This document shows, piece by piece, positions 43,707 through 52,002 of a DNA stretch of 54,594 nucleotides. The DNA lies in contig MHRK01000019.1 of NCBI GenBank assembly GCA_001820955.1, positions 1-54,594 of the forward strand. The letters are read 5' to 3'. How positions within the stretch are numbered: the first letter of the stretch is position 1; the number at the start of each line of letters is the position of its first letter. Source of the DNA: Candidatus Taylorbacteria bacterium RIFCSPHIGHO2_02_FULL_43_32b. GTDB taxonomy: Bacteria > Patescibacteriota > Minisyncoccia > Phycocordibacterales > 2-02-FULL-43-11. The notes under the pieces are model-generated. The model did not search any database. It saw nothing but the letters and a program-made list of their open reading frames with translations, and was not told the DNA's origin. Position numbers and translations under genes: made by a program.

Positions 43707-44528
43707 ATGACACCGACACCGACACCGACACCCGGGCGCCAAAATCGAGTTGTGGCTTGGTGGCAGAGTCTTCCCAACACAACCAAATGGATTGCCTGGG
43801 GGATTATCTTGGTCATCCTTGTGAGTTGGCTCGGCTACGTAGTTTACAAGAAGGATACGAAACCTTCCTCTTCGGTTACAGCGTCAGCGTCTGCAACCAG
43901 CGTTGAGTCGGCCGCATTGGCCGAAGCCAACAAACGTTTGGCCGAGATGGCCAAACAGCAGGAGGTGGCGTCGAATCAGTTGGCTGCTCTGACGGTTAAG
44001 CTGTCTGAGTTGACCAACAAGGTAGCGGTGGCGGCAACTTCGCAGCCGCCGGTAACGGTCTCGGCACCTGTGTCGACAGTTTCGACATCGGCTCCGCCGG
44101 TTTCGACAAACACTGCGGCTACTCAAGGCACAGGTGTCTCGGTTGGCGGTAATGCCGCCGTTGGCAACGTGATCCACCTCAATAATCTCGACATCGAGGA
44201 GTTGAGAAAGATCATGAGGGAAGAGCTGACGAACACTGTTCGTCAGCTGACAAACGTGGCGCCAGTAATAATGAACGCGCCGAACCAAATCCACTTTGCG
44301 CCTGGCTCAGTTGGCCAAAACGCAATAGTTAACGCTGAGGCCGGCGATCGGCGCTACAGGGAGGCCAATGCAGTAATTCAGTCTCCGGTACAGCAAGTTG
44401 TGTACCGAAAGCGGTCTGGTTGGGATCAGTTTGAGCGAAAGCTTCCTTATCGTGAAGATCTGATCAGAAAGCAGATTAGGTTGGAGGGGCAACTCGATCT
44501 TTTGCCGGCCAGCAACCAGAGGAATTAG
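43707..44528 (+). CDS. Single-pass membrane protein with coiled coil, hypothetical (GC-rich block)
   Basis: TPTPTPTP N-terminus, TM WIAWGIILVILVSWLGYVVY, coiled coil LAEMAKQQEVASNQLAALTVKLSELTNK. Confidence 0.55.
   Translation: MTPTPTPTPGRQNRVVAWWQSLPNTTKWIAWGIILVILVSWLGYVVYKKDTKPSSSVTASASATSVESAALAEANKRLAEMAKQQEVASNQLAALTVKLSELTNKVAVAATSQPPVTVSAPVSTVSTSAPPVSTNTAATQGTGVSVGGNAAVGNVIHLNNLDIEELRKIMREELTNTVRQLTNVAPVIMNAPNQIHFAPGSVGQNAIVNAEAGDRRYREANAVIQSPVQQVVYRKRSGWDQFERKLPYREDLIRKQIRLEGQLDLLPASNQRN
43710..43733 (+). repeat. Hexanucleotide tandem repeat (ACACCG)x3 + ACACCC
   Basis: Directly after the ATG; encodes TPTPTPTP. Confidence 0.9.
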
Positions 44529-44544
44529 ACCCTAACAATTCACA

Positions 44545-44576
44545 GCGCATCGGAGTTTATACCGATGCGCTTTTCT
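44545..44576 (+). terminator. Rho-independent terminator
   Basis: GCGCATCGG (44545-44553) / CCGATGCGC (44562-44570), 8-nt loop, TTTT. Confidence 0.8.
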
Positions 44577-44597
44577 ATTGTTGGAGTTTCAATATTT

Positions 44598-44641
44598 CCA
44601 TGCAATATAATTGTAACCATAGTTACAATTATATTGCATGG
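44598..44641. repeat. Palindrome P3 (20-bp perfect arms, 4-nt centre)
   Basis: CCATGCAATATAATTGTAAC CATA GTTACAATTATATTGCATGG. The 26-nt core is 23/26 identical to the P2 core. Followed by GGTGTTCGG. Confidence 0.85.
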
Positions 44642-44767
44642 GGTGTTCGGCGATATATCTGCGGACAATACTTTTTGTGCGCATTTGCCTGCGAGGTGTT
44701 AGTGCGGCTGAAAATAATTGCGGGGCTTGAATTTGGTAACCGTAAGTCCATCTGGTACTATCTTTTC

Positions 44768-45220
44768 ATGGACGTCGTCACAAAAACAATTGAAGAAACA
44801 AAGAAAGTTGCCGAAAAATTTTTGGCGGAGCTTTTGTCGCGGAAAGACGAGGCTACTCTTGTCGCGTTGTCGGGAGATTTGGGTTCCGGCAAGACGACAT
44901 TTGTTCAGCAGTGCGCAAAAATTTTTGGAATAGAAAGTAAAGTTACGAGCCCGACTTTTGTAATAATGAAAAAATATCCCATCCCCGAGTTTTCTAAACG
45001 CTCCAATCTAAACGCTCTACGTTTTTTTGTGCACATTGATGCCTATCGTCTAAAAAGCGGGGAAGAGTTGCTGAAACTAAACTGGCAGGAGCTAATTTCC
45101 GATCCTCAAAACTTGATTTTTATAGAATGGCCCGAGAATGTTATGAGTGTGATGACACAAAATGCTCTGCAGATTAGTTTTAAATCGTTAGATGAGACCA
45201 AAAGACGAATCGTTCTTTAA
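44768..45220 (+). CDS. tsaE: tRNA t6A37 biosynthesis protein TsaE
   Basis: GDLGSGKTTFVQ P-loop, about 150 aa. ATG 44768 (the track ORF starts inside palindrome P3). Confidence 0.8.
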   Translation: MDVVTKTIEETKKVAEKFLAELLSRKDEATLVALSGDLGSGKTTFVQQCAKIFGIESKVTSPTFVIMKKYPIPEFSKRSNLNALRFFVHIDAYRLKSGEELLKLNWQELISDPQNLIFIEWPENVMSVMTQNALQISFKSLDETKRRIVL

Positions 45221-45346
45221 GAGCGGGGTCGACTCCTTTTTCCGCGGGTTATTCAGGGAGAGGGGCTTGACTTTTTTGTATAAAGACGGCAGTCTTTTAA
45301 ATGGAAGGGTCAATTCAACAAACCAGTTCCAGAAAGGTAGAGTTCT

Positions 45347-46141
45347 ATGAAAAAACAGGTTAGGTTAGGGTGTTTATTGGTCGCCGTCCTTTGGTCGGCG
45401 AGTGTGTGGTCGCAAACGGCCACAAATGTTCCACCACAGAGTGGTGTGGACGAAGTCGCTTTGCTCCGACAACAGGTCTCAGACTTGCAGGCGGCGTTAA
45501 GAAGAGCCACTAATGTGGTGGCATTGCCTGCGGTTTCAGTGGGGAGTGCTGTGGAGACTATGCCGCCGGAAGTGCCGAGCGTTTCGCCTGAAGTCGAGAT
45601 AAACAAGTCGGTTCAGCCGGTTCAGTCTTTGGTTCCGCTCACTTCTTCTCCTCAAGGGTCGAAGGCGCTCGAGGGAGCTACTGACCCCAACAGCCCGTAC
45701 TTGTTTGCTCAGGCGGGCGACGCGTATGTCGCTGTCCGTAAAGGAGAGCTGAACGCGATGGTTCAAGGCATGTCCAACCAGACTTCGCTTGTTATGAGCG
45801 ACTTCACTGCGGGGCCGGACGGTGTGCCGGTAAAACGGGTTAGAGGCGCATCAAGAGGGGCCAATCAGAGCTCCATAAATAACTCTGGCCACATAACGAA
45901 CTTCAGTTTTGAAAACTGCAAGGATTTCGTGGTGAACAACGGAGTTACGCCGAGTGGACAGGTGGAGATGGGGGATCTTTCCTCCATGTCGGGTTACGGC
46001 GGTGGTTTCGGGTCGGGGACTGTGGTTCCCGGGAATCGCCTCGGAAGTGTCCGCGCTGTTCCAAATGCCAGGGAAAAATGGTTTTTGGATCAGATCAAGC
46101 TCAACAATATGCGCAGATTGGTGAAAGCAAGCGCCTATTAG
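45347..46141 (+). CDS. Secreted hypothetical protein (GC-rich block)
   Basis: Signal peptide MKKQVRLGCLLVAVLWSASVWSQ; short coiled coil; Gly-rich C-terminal part. Confidence 0.55.
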   Translation: MKKQVRLGCLLVAVLWSASVWSQTATNVPPQSGVDEVALLRQQVSDLQAALRRATNVVALPAVSVGSAVETMPPEVPSVSPEVEINKSVQPVQSLVPLTSSPQGSKALEGATDPNSPYLFAQAGDAYVAVRKGELNAMVQGMSNQTSLVMSDFTAGPDGVPVKRVRGASRGANQSSINNSGHITNFSFENCKDFVVNNGVTPSGQVEMGDLSSMSGYGGGFGSGTVVPGNRLGSVRAVPNAREKWFLDQIKLNNMRRLVKASAY

Positions 46142-46161
46142 CAAGGAGCAAATGGTGGAGT

Positions 46162-46190
46162 GCGTCGGAATAATTTCCGGCGCCTTTTTT
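46162..46190 (+). terminator. Rho-independent terminator
   Basis: 9-bp stem GCGTCGGAA / TTCCGGCGC (one G-U), loop TAAT, T6 run 46185-46190. Confidence 0.7.
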
Positions 46191-46424
46191 ATAACATGTA
46201 AAAACCTCCGGCTTTAGCAGATTTGTACATTTTAAGCGCAGTGTTTAGACAATCACCTTGGGTCGAATTAAAGAACCAAAGGTGATTTTAACCATTAACA
46301 GACGTCTGTATCAGCAGTCCCATGCCACATGGGTATGTGATTACTTTTACATTGTTTTACGCGCCCAAGGAAGGGTAGCAGAGGGCTGTTTTTCCTTACC
46401 TGTGCAGAAAAACAGCAAAATCTT

Positions 46425-46466
46425 TCACTCATTTTAACATAGCTATAGCTATGTTAAAATGAGTGA
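46425..46466. repeat. Palindrome P4 (42-nt perfect)
   Basis: TCACTCATTTTAACATAGCTATAGCTATGTTAAAATGAGTGA. Shares the central CTATAG with P1/P2. Followed by a G-run and GGTGTTCGC. Confidence 0.8.
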
Positions 46467-46513
46467 GTGGAGGGGGGCTAGGTGTTCGCTGAAGGCACTT
46501 AATACCATTGACG

Positions 46514-46664
46514 TTTATTGGAATGGCCAGAAGACTCTGCCGAAGCGTACCTCGGCGAGTACACTCGCAATCAGGTACTCCTAGTACCCCTTGCCCGCCC
46601 GCCATCGCTAGCCGCTCAGGCGTTGCGGGCGGGGGGCGGGGATATGGACGAGACAAATTTTATT
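46514..46664. repeat. GC-rich dispersed structured repeat (copy d)
   Basis: Starts TTTATTGGAATGGCCAGAAGACTC, ends GGGGCGGGGATATGGACGAGACAAATTTTATT. Internal hairpins GCCGA..TCGGC, GGTACT..AGTACC, CCCGCCCGC..GCGGGCGGG. Confidence 0.7.
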
Positions 46665-46894
46665 AAAACTTTTGAAATCACGGTTTGTCATTTTTATAAT
46701 TTGCGTACTTTGTTATGTTACTCAACTTGGACGTTCGGCCATGTACGGTAACAAAAAATTGTAAAGAAAAGCGGCGAATGGCGATGCGAGATAAACGCAA
46801 GTGTTTTTCGCTCTGCAAAAAACTTTTGCAGTAAGTCGTAAGGGTTGGAGGTTGTATAGGTTGTTTGTGCGGTTTATTGTCGTACAATTGAAAG

Positions 46895-49333
46895 ATGGCT
46901 GATATTAATTCTGGGCGATCAAAAAAGAGACTGGTTTTGCTTGATGCTCACGCCATTATTCACAGGGCGTATCACGCTCTGCCGGAATTTGCTTCATCAA
47001 AAGGGGAACCAACGGGTGCGCTTTACGGCCTCATTACGATGCTTATAAAGATTGTGAACGATTTAAAGCCGGATTGGGTTATCGCCGCATACGATTTGCC
47101 GAAGCCAACGCATCGCCACGAAGTTTACAAGGAATACAAACAAGGCCGAGCAAAAACGGACGACGCTCTTGTTTCACAACTCATCAAATCAAGGGATCTT
47201 CTGTCCGCGCTTTCCATTCCCATTTATGACAAGGAGGGATTTGAAGCGGACGATATTTTGGGAACCATTGTTGAAATACTGAAAGATAATGAGGATGTTG
47301 AAATAATTATTGCCTCAGGTGATATGGATACACTACAGCTCGTGGATGGCAATAAGGTTAAAGTGTATACGTTAAAGAAAGGGTTGTCCGATACCATAAT
47401 GTATGACGAAGAAGCCGTAATAAAACGGTTCGGATTTGAGCCAAAACTTTTGCCAGATTATAAAGGTCTTCGAGGCGACCCGTCAGATAATATTATTGGA
47501 ATTAAGGGAATTGGCGAAGTGACGGCTTCCTCTCTCATTAAGGAGTTTGGATCGATTGAGGGAATTTACGAAGCTTTAGAAAAGGGAGAAAAACCATTTC
47601 TTGATGCGGGCATAAAGGAACGCATCATTAAACTTCTTCGAGAAAACAAAGAAGAGGCGGAATTTTCGAAAATTTTGGCCTTAATAAGAAGGGATGCTCC
47701 AATTGATTTTGTTTTGCCGGAAAAACGATGGGCGGAAGAAGTGGATTTGAAAAAGACAGACCAAGCATTTTCGGAATACGAGTTTAGGACACTTGGCGCC
47801 AGGCTTCGGGATTCACTTAAAGCAAACGGTAGGGGTCAAGAGGGGGGCAGTCAAATTGGGGAGATTATTCCAAAAGAAGTGCGGCCGGCGGGGGATTCTG
47901 CAGAATTTCTGGAGTCGCCTTACGTTTTAGATCCAAAAGTTTTTCGCGAGGCGTCAATTATGTTGTGGATTTTAAATTCTTCAATTACTAATCCGACTAT
48001 CGAGGACATCAAGGTTTACTCCAGAAAAGAAACCTTGGGCGAGGCCAGGGATTATTTATTGTCGGAATTAAAAAAACAAGGTCTGTTCAGGGTGTACGAA
48101 GAAATAGAAAGACCGCTGATTCCGGTTATAGAAAAAATGAACGGGCATGGAGTGGTGGTGGATACGGAATATCTTAAGAAACTTGGCAAGGAATATCGGG
48201 CAAGTTTGGAAAAATTGGAAAAGCAGATATGGAAAGAGGCAGGAGTGCAGTTTAATATCGCGTCTCCAAAACAGTTGGGAGAAATCCTTTTTGTGAAAAT
48301 GGGAATGAAGGCTAAAAATCAGAAAAAAACGGCGGGGGGAGCGCTTTCGACAAAAGAGTCGGAGTTGGCCAAACTTGCCGATGAGAATCCAATTATCGGC
48401 AAAATTTTGGAGTACAGGGAATTGGCCAAACTTCTCGGAACTTATATTGATAATGTTATTCCGATGGTCGGTCTTGATGGGAAGCTTCGGGCTAATTTTT
48501 TGTCAGCCGGCACCACAACAGGAAGGATGTCCTCCGAAAACCCGAATCTCCAAAATATCCCGCATCACAGCGATCTTGGTATTAGGATTAGAAACGCTTT
48601 TGTCGCAGAGGAAAAATCCAAGTTGGTCGCTTTCGATTATTCTCAAATGGAACTTCGGATCGCGGCTTTTTTGGCGAACGACGAAGAACTGATCAAAATT
48701 TTTAAGGAGGGCAAGGATGTGCATTCGGGCGTGGCGGCGGCCGTCTTTAATGTACCTCCCGAAAAGGTTGATAAAGAGATGAGGAGGAGGGCCAAAGTAA
48801 TTAATTTTGGCGTGATGTATGGAATGGGGGTGTCGGCGCTTCAGAAAAATTTATCCAGCACCAGAGAAGAAGCAAAAATTTTTTATGATTCATACTTTAA
48901 AACTTTTGCCGGTTTGGCAAAGTATTTGGACGAGATAAAGAAAGAAACGGCCAGGAAAGGTTATACCGAAACGGTTTTCGGCCGCCGCCGCTATTTCGAG
49001 GGTATCAATTCCAAGTTGCCGTTTATCAAGGCGGCGGCCGAAAGGATGGCCATCAACGCGCCGATTCAAGGAACAGAAGCTGATATTATTAAGATTGCCA
49101 TGGTTAGAGTTGATGAATGGATTGGCAAGAACGATTTAAGTGACAAGGTATATCTCGAGCTCCAAGTGCATGATGAGCTGGTTTACGAAATAAAATCGGA
49201 AATGGTTGATAAAGTTGTGCCGGAAATAAAAGAAATTATGGAGAATGTTTTGCCGCTTTCCGAAACCCGCGGGGTGCCTATCAAGACGGACGTGTCGGTT
49301 GGGAAGAACTGGGGGGAGATGGAGAAAATGTAA
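46895..49333 (+). CDS. polA: DNA polymerase I (5' nuclease plus family A polymerase)
   Basis: 5'-3' exonuclease N-domain; motif A DYSQMELRIAA, motif B RRRAKVINFGVMYG, motif C QVHDELV. Confidence 0.93.
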   Translation: MADINSGRSKKRLVLLDAHAIIHRAYHALPEFASSKGEPTGALYGLITMLIKIVNDLKPDWVIAAYDLPKPTHRHEVYKEYKQGRAKTDDALVSQLIKSRDLLSALSIPIYDKEGFEADDILGTIVEILKDNEDVEIIIASGDMDTLQLVDGNKVKVYTLKKGLSDTIMYDEEAVIKRFGFEPKLLPDYKGLRGDPSDNIIGIKGIGEVTASSLIKEFGSIEGIYEALEKGEKPFLDAGIKERIIKLLRENKEEAEFSKILALIRRDAPIDFVLPEKRWAEEVDLKKTDQAFSEYEFRTLGARLRDSLKANGRGQEGGSQIGEIIPKEVRPAGDSAEFLESPYVLDPKVFREASIMLWILNSSITNPTIEDIKVYSRKETLGEARDYLLSELKKQGLFRVYEEIERPLIPVIEKMNGHGVVVDTEYLKKLGKEYRASLEKLEKQIWKEAGVQFNIASPKQLGEILFVKMGMKAKNQKKTAGGALSTKESELAKLADENPIIGKILEYRELAKLLGTYIDNVIPMVGLDGKLRANFLSAGTTTGRMSSENPNLQNIPHHSDLGIRIRNAFVAEEKSKLVAFDYSQMELRIAAFLANDEELIKIFKEGKDVHSGVAAAVFNVPPEKVDKEMRRRAKVINFGVMYGMGVSALQKNLSSTREEAKIFYDSYFKTFAGLAKYLDEIKKETARKGYTETVFGRRRYFEGINSKLPFIKAAAERMAINAPIQGTEADIIKIAMVRVDEWIGKNDLSDKVYLELQVHDELVYEIKSEMVDKVVPEIKEIMENVLPLSETRGVPIKTDVSVGKNWGEMEKM

Positions 49334-49786
49334 AATTAAAAAATCAAAATGAAAAATGACGATGTAAAATATAGAATGAAAGAAATCAATGGGGTAATTG
49401 TAGGAAAATCCAATGGAAAAGGGGAGGGGTTGTTTGCCGCGAGACCATTTGAGGCAGGTGAAATAATTCTTTCTTATGATAATTGGAAGCTAAAGGGAAA
49501 AAAGCATTTTCCGGATGGAGATGAACATGTTGATTATCAAGGCAGGGGAAAATATGTTAGTAGCAATCATCCCTATTCATACACCAATCATTCTTGCGAC
49601 CCAAATTCATATATTAAGTTTAGGACGATTGCCAGTGGTACGGTCTTCGCACAAAGAGATATCAAAGAAGGCGAGGAGATAACTTATGATTACGCCTTCA
49701 TTGATATGGATGGTTTCGGATTAAATACGGAAAGAAATTTTAAAATTTTAAGTTGTCATTTTTCATTTTGATTTTTTAATTTTACA
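49329..49786 (+). mobile_element. IR-bounded mini-cassette D (SET-domain cargo), 32-bp perfect inverted repeats
   Basis: TGTAAAATTAAAAAATCAAAATGAAAAATGAC (49329-49360) is the exact reverse complement of 49755-49786. It overlaps the polA stop, and holA starts 9 nt after the right arm. Confidence 0.8.
49349..49771 (+). CDS. SET-domain protein (putative lysine methyltransferase)
   Basis: GEGLFAARPFEAGEII, NHSCDPN, GEEITYDY. The start codon and the last codons are encoded by the cassette arms. Confidence 0.8.
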   Translation: MKNDDVKYRMKEINGVIVGKSNGKGEGLFAARPFEAGEIILSYDNWKLKGKKHFPDGDEHVDYQGRGKYVSSNHPYSYTNHSCDPNSYIKFRTIASGTVFAQRDIKEGEEITYDYAFIDMDGFGLNTERNFKILSCHFSF

Positions 49787-49794
49787 TTTAGTTC

Positions 49795-50511
49795 ATGCTC
49801 TATCTAATTTATGGTAACGATTGGCAAAAAGCTCGCGCAAAAGCTCGTGAGGTTTTGGATGTGCTGAAGAAAAAAAAGCCGGATGCCACCGTCGTTTCTC
49901 TTGAAGAGGGGGGAGTAAGTGAAGCTAAAATTGACGAATTGTCGGGAAGTCAGGGTCTATTCGAAAGAAAATTTATAGTTTTCGGTGATCGCGTCTGCGC
50001 CGATAGCCAAAATGCCGAGATTGTAGCGGATAAATTGGAAGTTATCGGCAAGTCGGAAAATGTTTTTGTGTTTTTGGAGGAAGGTGTGAAGGCTCCGCTT
50101 CTTAAAATCTTTGAGAAATATGCGGCAAAAGTTCAGGAATTTGCCAAAATCGAAAAAAAAGAAAGATTTAATTCTTTTTCTCTTGCTGATGCTCTCGGCG
50201 AAAGAAATAAACAAAAGCTTTGGATTTTATACCAAGCCGCTCTATCCGAAGGACTTTCTCCCGAAGAATTGCATGGCACTTTGTTTTGGCAGGTAAAAAG
50301 TCTTCGAGCGGCCGCTATTGCGAAGAGTGCCGATGAGGCGGGGCTTAAGCCTTTTGCCTGGACTAAAGCCAAAAGATTTTTGAGTAGATGGGATATTAAG
50401 GAGCTCGAAAATGTTAGTCAGAATTTGGTTTCTCTTTACCATGATTCGAGGAGGGGAGAGCATGAACTTGAGATTGCCCTTGAAAAATGGATATTGGATC
50501 TGCCGGTCTAA
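49795..50511 (+). CDS. holA: DNA polymerase III delta subunit-like (short form)
   Basis: N-terminus MLYLIYGNDWQKA... and length/helical C-part resemble HolA. Weak assignment. Confidence 0.45.
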   Translation: MLYLIYGNDWQKARAKAREVLDVLKKKKPDATVVSLEEGGVSEAKIDELSGSQGLFERKFIVFGDRVCADSQNAEIVADKLEVIGKSENVFVFLEEGVKAPLLKIFEKYAAKVQEFAKIEKKERFNSFSLADALGERNKQKLWILYQAALSEGLSPEELHGTLFWQVKSLRAAAIAKSADEAGLKPFAWTKAKRFLSRWDIKELENVSQNLVSLYHDSRRGEHELEIALEKWILDLPV

Positions 50512-50552
50512 GTCCAGGTATAAAAATTTTTGGCTGGTTTGTTTTTATTAAA

Positions 50553-50584
50553 AAAACGCAAACCGTGAAGATTTACGTTTTGTT
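50553..50584. terminator. AT-rich bidirectional terminator-like hairpin between convergent holA and purD
   Basis: AAAACGCAAA (50553-50562) / TTTACGTTTT (50572-50581), one mismatch. Confidence 0.4.
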
Positions 50585-50589
50585 ATTGA

Positions 50590-51903
50590 CTACGGGGCGT
50601 ATATGCCGATATCCTTTCGGTACCAAAGAGCTTGGCAATGTATTTTGCCCACTGCTTGGTAGGCTTTTGATTTGGCCTCGAACAGGTCAACACCCCAGGA
50701 TGTTACACCCAAAACTCGGCCGCCGTTTGTGACGATTTGCCCATCCTTAAGCGCAGTGCCAGCATGAAAAACTTTTGTGTCCGGCACAGCGTCAGCTTGC
50801 TCAATGCCAAAGATGGGTTCTCCTGCGGTCAGCGAATCGGGATAACCATTTGAAGCCATGACTACACAGACTGCTACACCGTATTTCCATTTAAGGTCAA
50901 CTTTGTCGAGCGTTCCTTCCACGCAAGCGTCCAGTAAATCCAAAAGATTGCAGTTCAGCATCGGCATGTAGACCTGTGTTTCCGGGTCGCCGAAGCGCGC
51001 GTTGTACTCTAAGACTTTGGGTCCAAACCTCCGGTAATTTTGAAGATGGAATCCATCATCTGTGAGCATGATGCCCGGGTAGAAAAGTCCTTTATAGACA
51101 ATACCCTCTTCAAGACAGGCATTGTGCCAAGGTTTGATGATTTCATTTTCAATTCGCATGGCATCGTTTCCACCTAAAGGTGTTGTTCTCATCGTGGCCC
51201 CCATGCCTCCGGTCATGTTGCCTTTTCCGTCACCTTTGTTGTCCTGAGAGAGTGGAAACATTTTATAATTCTTCCCATCACAGAGGGCGTGAGCGGAGAC
51301 TTCACAGCCAGTCAGGCGATTTTGAATAAGGATATGCCGGCCAGCGGGGCCAAATTCGTCCCTTACCAGCATTCTCTCGATTGCCGAGTGAGCCTCGATG
51401 CTCGTTTTGCAGAGCACTACGCCTTTTCCATCGAATAAGCCGTCGGCCTTGATCACCGAGCCCGAGGTTAAGGAGTTGGCAAAGGCCTCAGCTTCACGTA
51501 ACCTGTCAAGGTCGAAGTTCTGACCTTTGGGTTGAGGGATTCCGTGCGTGGAATTAAAGGCGTGCGTGAAGATCTTTGAGCTTTCAAAAAGTGCAGCTTC
51601 TGGAGCGAAGATGCGTAATTTTCGGAAGCGAAAAAAAGTGGCAATACCTAAGCCGATAGGCTTATCCGGCCCCACGACAGTTAAGTGCACCTTTTTTTCG
51701 GTAGCGAAGTCAGCCAATCGTGACAGGTCGGTTGTTTTGATGTCGATGCATTTGACCAGGTTACCGTTTTGCAGACGTTCTTTTGCTATACCTGCATTGC
51801 CAGGCGCGCACCATATTTCGATGATTCTTGAGTCTTTGGCTAATAGCCAAATCAAGGCATGTTCACGTCCGCCACTACCGATTATGAGGATAATCATTAG
51901 CAT
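50590..51903 (-). CDS. purD: Phosphoribosylamine--glycine ligase
   Basis: N-terminus IILIIGSGGREHAL, ATP-grasp body, about 430 aa. Confidence 0.85.
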   Translation of the reverse strand: MLMIILIIGSGGREHALIWLLAKDSRIIEIWCAPGNAGIAKERLQNGNLVKCIDIKTTDLSRLADFATEKKVHLTVVGPDKPIGLGIATFFRFRKLRIFAPEAALFESSKIFTHAFNSTHGIPQPKGQNFDLDRLREAEAFANSLTSGSVIKADGLFDGKGVVLCKTSIEAHSAIERMLVRDEFGPAGRHILIQNRLTGCEVSAHALCDGKNYKMFPLSQDNKGDGKGNMTGGMGATMRTTPLGGNDAMRIENEIIKPWHNACLEEGIVYKGLFYPGIMLTDDGFHLQNYRRFGPKVLEYNARFGDPETQVYMPMLNCNLLDLLDACVEGTLDKVDLKWKYGVAVCVVMASNGYPDSLTAGEPIFGIEQADAVPDTKVFHAGTALKDGQIVTNGGRVLGVTSWGVDLFEAKSKAYQAVGKIHCQALWYRKDIGIYAP

Positions 51904-51965
51904 TCCTTTTGTTAATGTTCACTGTTGCCAGCATTCATCCTACTTAGCCAAGTAAAAAAATCAAG

Positions 51966-51998
51966 AAAAAACGCAGACATAAATCGTCTGCGTTTTGT
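51966..51998 (-). terminator. Rho-independent terminator after pyrC
   Basis: ACGCAGAC (51971-51978) / GTCTGCGT (51986-51993), flanked by an A-run and a T-run. Confidence 0.7.
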
Positions 51999-52002
51999 TT
52001 TG

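Noticed and set aside
42935-43742. Minus-strand ORFs 42935-43453, 42976-43311 and 43260-43742; also the minus or alternative ORFs 36393-37239, 43884-44294 and 45310-46144
   Set aside because: GC-rich DNA generates long antisense ORFs. The plus-strand genes have SD sequences, signal peptides or TM helices, promoters and terminators, and the antisense ORFs have none of these.
44600-44767. N-terminal extension of tsaE starting inside palindrome P3
   Set aside because: The extension is encoded by the palindrome and intergenic sequence. TsaE homologs begin near the MDVVTK... start, at ATG 44768.
46211-46220. tmRNA tag-like string GCTTTAGCAG (reminiscent of ...ALAA coding)
   Set aside because: The reading frame does not end in a stop after it. 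No GGGG...acceptor/T-arm pair (tRNA-like domain) lies around it. It is probably coincidence.
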